A stretch of DNA of 63,989 nucleotides, the filler included, from Stramenopiles sp. TOSAG23-6 (lineage: Eukaryota): the NCBI GenBank assembly GCA_900128565.1. It is 3 parts of 3 records of this genome, joined end to end, with 100 filler letters (N's around TTAATTAATTAA, not from the genome) between each part and the next. Parts side by side here need not be neighbours in the genome. Positions count along the whole stretch, not along the records: positions 1 to 24,307 come from LT636006.1; positions 24,408 to 48,362 come from LT636007.1; 1 more part is not named here. One strand, given 5' to 3'. The notes under the pieces are model-generated. The model was not told where the DNA came from, made no database searches, and saw nothing but the letters and a program-made list of their open reading frames with translations. Below are positions 23,553 through 34,400 of the stretch, in pieces. Each line of letters opens with the position of its first letter. The stretch's first letter is position 1. Made by a program: the position numbers and the translations under genes.

Positions 23553-24037
23553 GGCTATTCTATATCGTTGTGATCAGACTTGCCAATTGACGCGCCGCAC
23601 GTTTTGGAGTAGCGCGTATTCTATTCGAATTTACAAGTATGTAGTTGTAAAGAAGTACACATGCATCCATCTCTAGTCTAGATCTCATATTATTGATTAT
23701 CAAGCTCGAGAGAACTCAGCTGGTTCCGGGTAACGAATAAAATAAAGAATTTTGCTCGTGCTGCGCATCGCTAATTAGGTAGCAAATTTTCAAATTTTTG
23801 CCGAAATTTTGTTTTTTCAGCCAGTCGCTGGACATCCTGTCCCCTACGCGTATGACACACGACACAAAGAGGTACTTCCTTTAGCTACACTCTTTTTCTG
23901 ATTTGCGAAGTTATCAGACACCACTTTAGCTCATCATTCAGGAAAGTTGAGCACATTGCGCACATTGTTCTTTCCAGAAAAACTTTGTAATAGAATCAAG
24001 GAAGGAACGGAAAGGAATCAAGAACGTAATACTTTAA

Positions 24038-24307
24038 ATGTCCTCTCCTTATGACACAGCGCAACTACTGAGTGTCTCTTCCAGGTATGCGCAAGTTGCA
24101 AAAGTAGTTCAAGAAAAAAAGAAAGCCTTACATTTAAAGAGAAACTATACAGAAATTCGAAACTCGCATGTGGATAATGAGGAGAGTAAAGCACACAAAA
24201 AGCATCGTGGAGTAAATACAAGATTGGTTACGCCCCAACCAATTGAAAAGTTGTATAACAAGCAGTGTAGTTTGCTGAATATAACTCCTACGAAGAGCCA
24301 AAGACAG
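24038..24307 (+). CDS. Hypothetical protein, truncated at contig end
   Basis: Open frame running into the N linker; no recognisable motif. Confidence 0.35.
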
Positions 24308-24407
24308 NNNNNNNNNNNNNNNNNNNNNNNNNNNNNNNNNNNNNNNNNNNNTTAATTAATTAANNNNNNNNNNNNNNNNNNNNNNNNNNNNNNNNNNNNN
24401 NNNNNNN
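24308..24407. other. Artificial contig linker N-TTAATTAATTAA-N
   Basis: 100-nt N run containing a six-frame stop cassette. Confidence 0.95.
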
Positions 24408-24462
24408 CGTACGAAATTTCGTACCTAACGATTTTTTTTTGAAATATTTTTCCAAAATACAT
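24408..24462 (+). mobile_element. 3' half of introner-like intron (acceptor AT) at contig start
   Basis: CGTACGAAATTTCGTACCTAAC...GAAATATTTTTCCAAAATACAT|CAT. Confidence 0.85.
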
Positions 24463-27400
24463 CATATACAAAGGTGGAAAGCTTTGCGATTAACAAATCT
24501 AAAGTCATCTATTGAGTCTCACGCACGTGCACAGATCTCATACCATCAAAGTTTAAAGAAACAATTTGAATGTTTATTAAATGATATGGAAAATAAAAAT
24601 TTTGGAGGATCCAAAAATGACCAAGCTAAACCTTTGATGCAAAATTCAATAGCTCATTGTAAGCAATATACTTCTACTGATACTGTATTCTCTGAAACTG
24701 TTACAGAGAAAGACATACCACAAAAATGTATGTCAAATGATAGGCTCAACCAAAAATTGGAACTGTCATATAACCCTAACCCTAACCCTATAGAACACAT
24801 TTCATCGAATGACAATGGACAAAATCCATCGAATCCATCGAATTCGATTACTAATAAATCTAGTGATTTTGTTGCTGTTTTTGCCATTTGTGTGGTCGAA
24901 GTGAGGCATATTTTTCGTGAAATAAGGAACCCATATATTGTTATTTCAATGGGTGGAATTGAGCATCGCGCATCATGTACAAGAATGTATGTTTTTATGA
25001 TTCAATTCATTTTTTTTTAAATTTAGTATGAAATTTTGTACCTAACAAAAAGTTAATTGTTTTTGAAATATGTTTTATCAATATATGTTTAATGATCGAG
25101 CAGAATTTGGAGAAACATTTTGTTTTACTATTTATTCAGATACTGAGATGTGTAGAGTTGCGTTACATGTATGTTCTATTTTTTTTTCAAATTCGATTTT
25201 TTTGCGTACGAAATTTTGTACCTAACGATTTTTTTTTTTTGTGAAATATTTTTCCAAAAGATATGATGAAAGCAAAGGATCAATAGGTTCAATTCTTATT
25301 AGTCAAAAAGATTTGAATAATCACAAAACGACATGTGGCGAATGGTGGTGGATTTTCCATGGTTTATATAGTGGTGAAGTTAGAATACGTTCTCATATGA
25401 ACTTTGGTAGAGCTACGCTAAATAAAAAAGATGGTCATTTATCATTACATGATTTTGGTAAATTGTCAGTAGAAGGAAATGATCGAAATTCGGGTGCACG
25501 AAATCTGAGAAACAAAGTCAGTAGTGATAGTAGTAGACGATACACTGGTATAAATTCTTTACATGTTTATAATCAACAAAATGCAGGGTTATTACCAGCT
25601 AATGGAACTTTTCTCCATTCTCCTTCGTATTTAAAGAATAATAGAAATGTTATTTCAGGATGGATGGATAATAATAATATTGATGATAATATCGATAGAA
25701 GTAGTGAAAGTTCAAGTAATAGAAAATCAAATATTGATAGAATAGAAGAGAACCATAACCCTCATATTATCATAGGCAGTCCATATAATAGAAAATTAAC
25801 TGAAGGGAACTGTGATAAAAATGACTCTATATATGATAATTTAGGATTTCAAATTCCTCCCCACTGTCTCGGACTTGCTCATTTTATAGGCCTTGAGCAA
25901 TGTAGAGAAATTCAACAATGTTCCCGATGGATTCAATTGAGCGGTGGCTATGAAAATGGCGTTTTTTCTATGCTCGAGCAACACGCAACACCTGTTGATG
26001 CATCTCAATTCGCATCACCTGTAGATGTATCCCGACCTTGCCGTGTACTCATGTATGTTTTTTTTTTTTTCAATTTCTAAATGTTTTTTTTTTGGTTTTC
26101 GTACGAAATTTCGTACCTAACAAAAAAATCAAAAAAAAAATATTTTTTATACTACATATCGTCGGAATTAGGAGCTTTATTGTTTGGTGGAATTCCAACT
26201 ACATTTCGATCGGAGGCCTATATGTGTCTTAGTGGCGCTGCTGCCATGAAATTACGACAACCAAAAGGTTATTATCAACAGCTTTATGACGGATCGATTG
26301 ATCCAATCGTTCGCAGGCAAATAGAGGACGATCTTGTGAGAACATTTGCTAAACAGCAAACTCGTATTAATGTGGTGAAAATCGATACAACTATAAAAAG
26401 AGTATCGAGTGAAAGCATTTTACCTATTACAAAAAACGATAGTACTGTTCATTTGAATATTTCAGATGAAACCACAACTAAACAGGAACCAGAGGCTTTA
26501 GCTGCCCTTCGTCGTATTTTATTGGCACATTCATTCAGGAATTCTGTTGTTGGATACTGTCAAAGTTTGAATCATGTTGCGGGTTTTTTACTTTGTCTTG
26601 GTACTATTCATGAAGAATGTGTTTTCTGGATACTTTGCGCTGTGACAGAACGTTTATGTTGTGATTATTACGTACCTTCAATGTCTGGTTTACATCGGGA
26701 TCTTCGAGTTCTTCGCGATTTAATGCAGAAACGGCAACCAGAATTAATGAGACATATGGATAGATTAGGTGTACCACTTGAAATGTTAGCATCTGGTTCA
26801 TTACTGAGTCACTTTGTGTTACATCTTCCGACCCATACTGTGCTTCGTATGTTGGACATAGTTTTATGGCGTGGATCTCCCATGCTTCTTTTGACGGTTT
26901 TGGCGTTGATGCAAATGTCGCGTATGGATCTGCTTTCTGCACGTACTGCTGGGGAAGTCGCAACACGATGGAAATCATGCCAGGAGCGTTGTTACGATGC
27001 AGAAGGTTTAGTATCTCGCATTCGAGCAGAATGGATTGAACTTGGTGAAGGGACAATAGAAGAATTGCAAGCGAAACATGCAGCCGCGGCAAGATCTGAA
27101 GCTGAAGCATCACTACATAGTGCAGCTTTACGCCGTTTTGTTGGTGATGACACAACTTCAGGTGATGGCTTACGACAGAGTGTGCTTGACCAAGCGCATT
27201 TCACACAATTATATGGACGTTTTGTTGAAGCTGCCGCAGCACCCGCAGGAAGATCTGCTGATCATCGTAGGTTAGATACATCTAGCTTTCGCGCATTGAT
27301 GTTGCGAACTTTCTTTGGTCTTCCTGTGAATAGCAGCCGGAGAACACTTGATGCTCTTTTTGAAGCTTTTGATGCCAATGGCGATGGAGAGTTGGATTTA

Positions 27401-28026
27401 CAAGAATTTATTACTGGAATGGGTATGATCAGTCCAACTGCAACAATTGAAGAAAAACTTCGTTTTTGTTTTAATTGTTATGACGCAGAGAAATCAGGGC
27501 AAATAGAAAAGCAATCACTGGCTGGTCTGTTACATACTATTGTTGCTGTTGCTATGCTTATGCTTGGACATCAAAATACACTATCAAAAGATGTAGTTGC
27601 AACGTTACTTGATCATGTATGTTTTATTTTTTTTCAAATTCGATTTTTTTTCATACGAAATTTTGTACCTAACGATTTGTTTTGAAATATTTTTCCAAAA
27701 TACATTGTCCGAGTTCTTCGCTGTCTTTTGTAGAGTTCTGTGAATATTTATACGCACAACCTCTTGTATCTGAGTGGTTGAATCTTCAGCAGCGTTTGAA
27801 TGACTCAGGCATTATTATTAATTCTGGTATGAAAGAGATGAAAAATATGTCTGGGACAATATCCAGTAATACGACGAATAATCCAATTGACGAATATGAG
27901 CAAATAGAATATAATAATTATGGAAATACTGAAATAAATGAAAATGAACATCATAAATTTGGGGATTCGTATGCTGAAAAAATGTGGATAGACTGGCCAC
28001 ATCATGATGGACGAAGTGGGCATTAA
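24463..28026 (+). CDS. Rab-GAP (TBC domain) protein with a C2-like domain and EF-hands; 5'-partial, at least 5 exons
   Basis: GGIPTTFRSEAY, QIEDDLVRTF, VGYCQSLN (TBC fingers); DANGDGELDLQEF EF-hand; C2-like NPYIVI..EFGETF..VALHD built across family introns. Confidence 0.88.
24987..25086 (+). mobile_element. Introner-like intron GT-AT (100 nt)
   Basis: AT|GTATGT...GTACCTAAC...TCAATATAT|G. Confidence 0.85.
25169..25264 (+). mobile_element. Introner-like intron GT-AT (96 nt)
   Basis: CAT|GTATGT...GTACCTAAC...CAAAAGATAT|GAT; the AG 4 nt upstream is out of frame. Confidence 0.85.
26053..26157 (+). mobile_element. Introner-like intron GT-AT (105 nt)
   Basis: AT|GTATGT...GTACGAAATTTCGTACCTAAC...ACTACAT|A. 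Confidence 0.85.
27617..27705 (+). mobile_element. Introner-like intron GT-AT (89 nt)
   Basis: CAT|GTATGT...GTACCTAAC...CCAAAATACAT|TGT. Confidence 0.88.
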
Positions 28027-28153
28027 TTGAGGATTTATAAAATGAGGTTTGATTTGGAATGTTTCGAATTTTTTGATGGTAATGAATTGAATTTGTTTTT
28101 GATTGACAAAATTTTTTATGACTTTTTAATTTTAAATGTAGATAAAACTTTTA

Positions 28154-29358
28154 TTATTTAGCTTGGTCTAATTGTTTTTGAGAAGGTAGCTTCGGTACCG
28201 GGGGAATTGGTCTATTTCCCATCAAGAATGATGGACGTCTTGGAACAGGAGGTGAAAGGCATGTATAGTGTTTTTTTATTAGAAGAAAACCCGTTAGGTA
28301 CAAAATTTCGTACGAAAAAAAATTTCAATTTGAAAGAAAAATCAATTTTGAAAACGTACGAAATGGTGGGTTACGAATTGTTGCAGGAAAAGCACAATTT
28401 TTAAGATCTATTCGAGAAACCTTTATCGCTCCAACGAGTCGTTCCGGCAACTCTTCCATACTTTGTGATTCTATCAAATATCCAAGTTCTAATTCCAATT
28501 TTTTCGCACAACCGGATTTGTCTTGTGAAAAAATATTGTTTTTTTGGTTAAAAAAAATGTAAGGTACAAAATTTTCATACAAAAAAAAAGAAATGTCTAA
28601 TGTAAGTGGACAACATACACGAGTCCTAAAATTTTTCTAGCAATCTGAGAGGAACAAACATCACAATCCACTTCAAAATAATTAGGACCACGAAAATATG
28701 CACATTTTAATTTTTTACCAATAATTGCAGGACGTTGGACACCCAGACTTTGAAGCGTTTTTTTCATTAACATTGGTGCTGAAATGACTTTACAAACAAA
28801 TTTCATACGGTTATTACGATATTCATTTGTTCCATTTAAAATGGAATCCAACAACTTTTCGAATTGAGGATCAGAATCCTTATCTAGCGTTTTTTCAAAT
28901 AGGTTAACAACATTTACATGCTTCTTGCCAAAATTGATTTGCCAACAAAAGACAAAAAAGAATGACTCGGCGTGACTTTTGATAAAATCATGAAGTTCAA
29001 GAATTCTATGAGACACATGCTGTAGAGATTTATCACCCACATCAAGCACAGAAAACCCACATGGGCGAAACGCACAAGGTTCAGGCTCTACTTTCCTTTT
29101 ATCTATAAGATATGTAGGACCTCGTAATAACCAGCCGCCACCAGCTCTTCCAGGTGTGATTGGTGCAGCTGGAGACATTGTGTTTTTACGAATACAGTCG
29201 GTTCCGATTTCCTCAGCATCTGGATTAAATGTAGTAATATTTCCAGGTAACCAAACATCATAAGCAGTCTTTCGTACTGGTGCTGTACGTAAGGGACCTG
29301 CAACTGGTGTTTTCATTCCACTGGAATTAGTAAATGAGTTTGTAAAGGATTTGAACAT
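28154..29358 (-). CDS. EDR2 C-terminal (DUF1336) domain protein; 3 exons
   Basis: LRGPTYLIDKRK, YRNNRMKF, YFRGPNYFEVDCDV.SS..AR, LIESQ..EELPERLVGA motifs. Confidence 0.85.
28261..28359 (-). mobile_element. Introner-like intron GT-AT (99 nt)
   Basis: C|GTACGT...GTACCTAAC...ACTATACAT|GC. Confidence 0.75.
28518..28618 (-). mobile_element. Introner-like intron GT-AA (101 nt)
   Basis: GT|GTATGT...GTACCTTAC...CACAAGACAA|A restores LGLV-SGCAKKL. Confidence 0.7.
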
Positions 29359-29624
29359 GTCAGTGGTGTATACTTCCGTGGTGTGAAACTAAATACTCTA
29401 TTCAATCAAGTATATCGTAAAAATATATTACAATAGACCTAAAATGCAACGAGTGTATAATTAATTACAGTATTTTAGTTATATAATGTCGTGATTTAGC
29501 TTTCTTTTGGTGATTGACATCTGGAATTGTAGTAGCTACGTATCCAAAATCTCTCGAAAACCGAAACCAAACGAACGAATTTGCTACTTGTAATGACACT
29601 CTTCTTCTATCTACAATCATCAAT

Positions 29625-29685
29625 TTTTTTTTTTAAGTACAAAATTTCGTACAAAAAAAAAACACGAAATAAAAAAATATTTCAA
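29625..29685 (-). mobile_element. Orphan remnant of the family core in an intergenic region
   Basis: Minus strand reads TTTTGTACGAAATTTTGTACTTAA. Confidence 0.5.
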
Positions 29686-29769
29686 TAGTTAGTGTTTCCT
29701 TTCTTCGAATCAAATCTTCATCTCAAAGGAAGATCCTAATCTAGGTACCTAAAAAAAGAGACTCGAACA

Positions 29770-31358
29770 ATGTTACGTACTACATTAGCAGTATCCAAAT
29801 CGACACATATCTTGTCTCGTATAGCATTTAGATTTCCCCAACCTTGTATAGGTCTTCCATTTCAACGTCATTTTCATTCCACAACTTCAGTGAACAAGCA
29901 AGTTGCGTTTACTCTACCCGACGTCGGTGAAGGCATCGCAGAAGTTGAAGTTTTACAGTGGTATATCAAGGAAGGCGACGAAATTTCCCAATTTGACAAA
30001 ATATGTGAAGTGCAGAGTGATAAAGCTACGTTAGATATAACGAGTCGTTTTGATGGTACGGTTGCCAGTCTTTCATATGGTGTTGGTGACATGGCACAAA
30101 CCGGAAGTACATTGTTCATGATTGACGTTGAGGGGGGTTCAGACGATATTGAATCAGACGATATTGAATCTACGCCGCCCCCACCTAAAGATAGTTCACC
30201 AAACTCTTCTTCTACACCTAATGATACATCAATACATCGTGAGAAATCACTTCCTTACAACAATTCCGATGGAAAAGTTCTGGCGACACCTGCAGTACGC
30301 AGGCTTACTAAAGAAAATGAATTAGACATAAGTCAAATAGTAGGTACAGGTAAAGATGGTCGTATTTTAAAAAGTGATGTTCTTGAGTATATGAATAGTT
30401 CAAATAGTGATTCACAAATGTATGTGTCGTCACCGCCTGTGTTTTTAACAAATCAAGAGGATAAAGTAGTTCTAATTAAAGGCGTACAACGTGCTATGCT
30501 TGCAAAAATGAATGAAGCTCTTAAAATTCCACATTTTGGTTACAACGACGAATTTTCAATGACGGCACTTTCTACTGTGAGAAATGATTTACAAAAAAGT
30601 GTTGGAGATAATCGTGGTATCAAAATTACTTCAATGCCTATTCTCATGAAAGCAGCATCTCTCGCGTTACATCAGTTTCCTGTCATAAATGCCAGTATAA
30701 GTGATGATGAAACGTCAATCAAGCATCATGCAGCACATAATATAGCTTTTGCAATGGATGGACCATCAGGTTTGATTGTGCCTGTGATTTCACACGTGAA
30801 TCAAATGTCAATTGTGGAAATTGCTGAGGAAATGACACGTATCATGTACGTCATTTTCATCATTTTTCAATTTTTTTTTTGGGTAGGAAATTTCGTAATT
30901 AACAAAAATTTTAAATTGTTTTGAAATATTTTCACAAAATACATAGCAATCGGTCAAAAAGGAAAATTGAGTAATGCTGAACTTACAGGAGGAACTTTTA
31001 CACTTTCGAATATTGGTAGTATTGGTGGAACATATGCATCGCCTATTATATTACCTCCTCAAGTTGCTATAGGTGCACTTGGAAAAGTTCAAAAACTTCC
31101 TCGATTTGGAGAAGATGGTACGTGCATATGAATTTCTAATTTAATTTTTTTTCATACTAAATTTTGTACTTAACGATTTTTTTTACGGAAAAAAAATATA
31201 TGTTTCATAATACATGTGAAGTCGAGGCAGTAGAAATTATGAATGTTAGCTGGTCGGCTGATCACAGGGTTATTGATGGGGCTACAATGGCAAGGTTTTC
31301 TAATGCAATGAAGAGTCATGTGGAACATCCAATGTCAATGCTTTCAAACTTACGATAA
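29770..31358 (+). CDS. DBT: Branched-chain 2-oxoacid dehydrogenase E2 (dihydrolipoyl transacylase), mitochondrial; 3 exons
   Basis: Lipoyl domain EVQSDKA, E3-binding [18 protein letters not shown], catalytic [10 protein letters not shown] and [12 protein letters not shown]. Confidence 0.93.
30846..30944 (+). mobile_element. Introner-like intron GT-AT (99 nt)
   Basis: AT|GTACGT...CACAAAATACAT|A; the AG 2 nt downstream causes a frameshift. Confidence 0.9.
31118..31215 (+). mobile_element. Introner-like intron GT-AT (98 nt)
   Basis: G|GTACGT...GTACTTAAC...TAATACAT|GT restores [20 protein letters not shown]. Confidence 0.9.
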
Positions 31359-31407
31359 CTGTACAATTTTATTTTGAAATTAAAAATTATTTTGTGTTGT
31401 CATATTT

Positions 31408-34400
31408 CTACTTTTTATTTGCTAATATTCCTTTAAGCATGCCACCTTTAACAATACCACGAAGTTTTCTTGAAGGCTTTTTCTCTTGTGATGAAATTTC
31501 ACTGAGCTTTTGAAAAGCTGCGAACCAAAGTTTTGATATTTCCAGAGAAGTTGCTTCTAAATCTAGAGTTCTCAGAGGAGTATGTAGAGATAAACAATTC
31601 GCACTATCTGTCTCTTTACCATGACTACGTGTAAATACCTTTGAAGCATGACCATCAGTAATATCCGAGATGTGAGATAATTTGATTCCACTATCTGATT
31701 TAAGCTGAGAAGCAGTTTTTGCACGCATTTTTGTTACTTTTCCGACTTTACACCATCGAACAAAACCATCACTTTCATCTTTTGTAAAATCAACCCAAAC
31801 AAATCTTTGATTAGGAGCACCTCGACGTCCATGTTTCCTAAATTCCGCACCTTGAATAAGCATCATTTTCATTTCTTCCAAGTTTTGTTCTTTTATTTGT
31901 TTGTGGCGATGTTCACTAAATTCTTTTTGATTGGTGTTATCGGTAACTGACTCTTTTATTTCTTCTTCCGTTTTTTCTTCAGAATATTTTTCTGTTTCAA
32001 TGCCCATTTTGTTTTCTTCAAGACTTTCAGTTTTATTATCTACATTAAAAACAGATGATTCTCGAAAGTTTTCTATTTCAGCATCTTTAGTGTGCAGAGC
32101 TACAAATTCTTTGAATAATTGCGACTCTTTATTTCCCCAAATACCATCTACTTTTAAATTTGCTCCATGCGCGTTGAGCATTTTCTGAAGAGCTTGAATG
32201 ACAGAGTTATCTAATTCATTGCCATTTATTGGTAGTGGAGAATGTTCAGCGCTATTCTTATTTAAATACTGTTTTAGTTTAATTATGGTTTCCGCGCCTA
32301 CTATACCATCTACCTTGAGGGATTTATGTCCGACAATCTCTTTATTCAAAAATTCTTGGAGGCTTTTCCGTGATACAATATTTCCAAAATCAATTTTTGA
32401 TATGAAATTTGCTGCATTCTTTGAATGTTTTCTTTTTGACAAATCTACAAATGATGATTGTTCAGATGATTCATCTGTTATATTTGTACTTCCAAGTTCT
32501 CCACTATTAACATTGTCTTTGTCTTCGAGAGAATAATCATCGGAAGTATTACTTGCATTTTTATCAGTAATTGATTTTGATTGTGATTTATTATTACTAT
32601 TGTTATGTTGTTCATTCCTCTTGTCGTTTGAGTAATTGTTACCTTTTTCACTCCTCTTATCGTTTGAGGGGTGATGTAATTCAGACAACGTTTTCCCTTG
32701 AGATTGAGTGTTAGGTTGCTCTCGACTAGCAAAAAGTTTTCGTTTTGATGGTGATGTGTCAGAAATACTACGATAATGACCTCTTTCTCTTCGCGAGATA
32801 TTAGACTCTTTACTAGATGTACCAGACAACTCACTAGGTAGACTTCTTCTATGTGAACGTTTTTTGTTTCCAAGTAAATGATCATATTCAAATTCTTTAA
32901 GATGTCTATGACTACGTGGAAATAATGCTAATTGCCGCTGCAACTCCATCAAAATATTTGCACCCATACCTGCACATTCATGTTTAGTAAAAAAATATGG
33001 TTTGAATTTGAAATTTGTTAGGTACATAATTTTCTATGAAAAAAAAATAATTTTGAAATTCATGATGAAAACATACATGAGCCTTTTGAAATGAACCATT
33101 ATATGACCTAAATGGTGTCTCATGAAACGGTTTAGACTTTCTCGTCATATTTTTAGTATGACTTTTAGTATGACGTTTATCAGATGTCGTACTTTTTTGT
33201 TTTCTTTTTGTTTTTTTTTCAACACTTTTTCCGACACTTGAAATTACTAATTTACTTGGACTTACAGTGTAATCTATGTAATGCTTATGGCCATGCAATC
33301 GATCAGAATGATTACTTTGATCGTGAATATGACTTGTTTCTTTCATAAAGATATAAGTACCCGTCAAAGGATCGCGTCCATGTTTTATAAAGAAATATTT
33401 TAGAAAAAAAATTGTTAGGTACAATTTTTTTTTCTGAAAAAAACAATTAATTTGAAATGCATTATGAAAACGTACACTATCTTCTCGCCATATTTTCATA
33501 AGTTCTAATCCAAATTTTTTAGCTGCTCGAAGTAATACAGCCGGGTTTGTCGCAGCAGCATACCTCGTTCTAAATCCAGCAACGTCTTCAGGGCGAGCTA
33601 AAACTCTACCTATATGTTGTAGCAAACCTTTAAGCATATCTACTGGGCGAGCTTGATTAAAAGAATCAGCGAATGCGCCAAGAGCAAATCGAGCAATCGC
33701 ATCTAAGAAATGACTGAAATGCATATGGGAGTTGTAACTTACACGAACTTCACTATTTTCGAAAGAACTTGTTTTAAATTGCTTTTGTTGCGCATCATCA
33801 TTTTGACCAATTTTGTTTATATTATTCGATGTTTGTTCCTCACTTGTTTGATTTTCACATGCACGTGTTGGTTTTTGCATTCCACCACAACAACAAGCAG
33901 CTAAATAACAATCTCCATGTGGTGTGAAGATATATGCCAGATTCGAAATTCGTTAAGTACAACAAACTAAATAATTTGAATGAAGCAAAAAGAAAATTAA
34001 TTTTAAATTAATAATGAAAACAAACGTATTCAATCATTGGAATTTGTAAATTAGAAAAATCCAAATCTTGAGTAAGTTGAAGGAAATCTTGATAGCTAAA
34101 TATACCAAGATTTTGTCTATTTGAAGATCTTTGATTTCCATGATCATTTTTAGATCGTTTAGAATGCCAAACTTCGGTGCCTAAACCCGAATTCCAAGAA
34201 GACCAACCACCCTTGTATGAATTAACAGTCCGGTCTCTTTTTGGTCCTATATTTCGATCTCTATGTAATTGTTGTTGCTTTGTTGGTGCATAAAAATTAA
34301 AAATTTGCCATAAAGGATCTCGAAATCGATGCATGAGAGCCAAAACAGCTGGATCTCTCAACTGGGTAGTTTGAGTCGCCCATTTTGCAACATTCCAACG

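Noticed and set aside
24308-24407. TTAATTAATTAA palindrome within N runs (also 48363-48462)
   Set aside because: An identical 100-nt cassette with stops in six frames is an artificial linker, so adjacency of genes across it is not biological evidence.
27615-27703. U12-type AT-AC introns (many copies can be slid 2 nt to read AT...AC)
   Set aside because: There is no U12 donor (RTATCCTT) or TCCTTAAC branch consensus. The slide fails for copies such as 31118 (frameshift), 2775, 18769 and 14829, whereas the GT donor is present in every complete copy.
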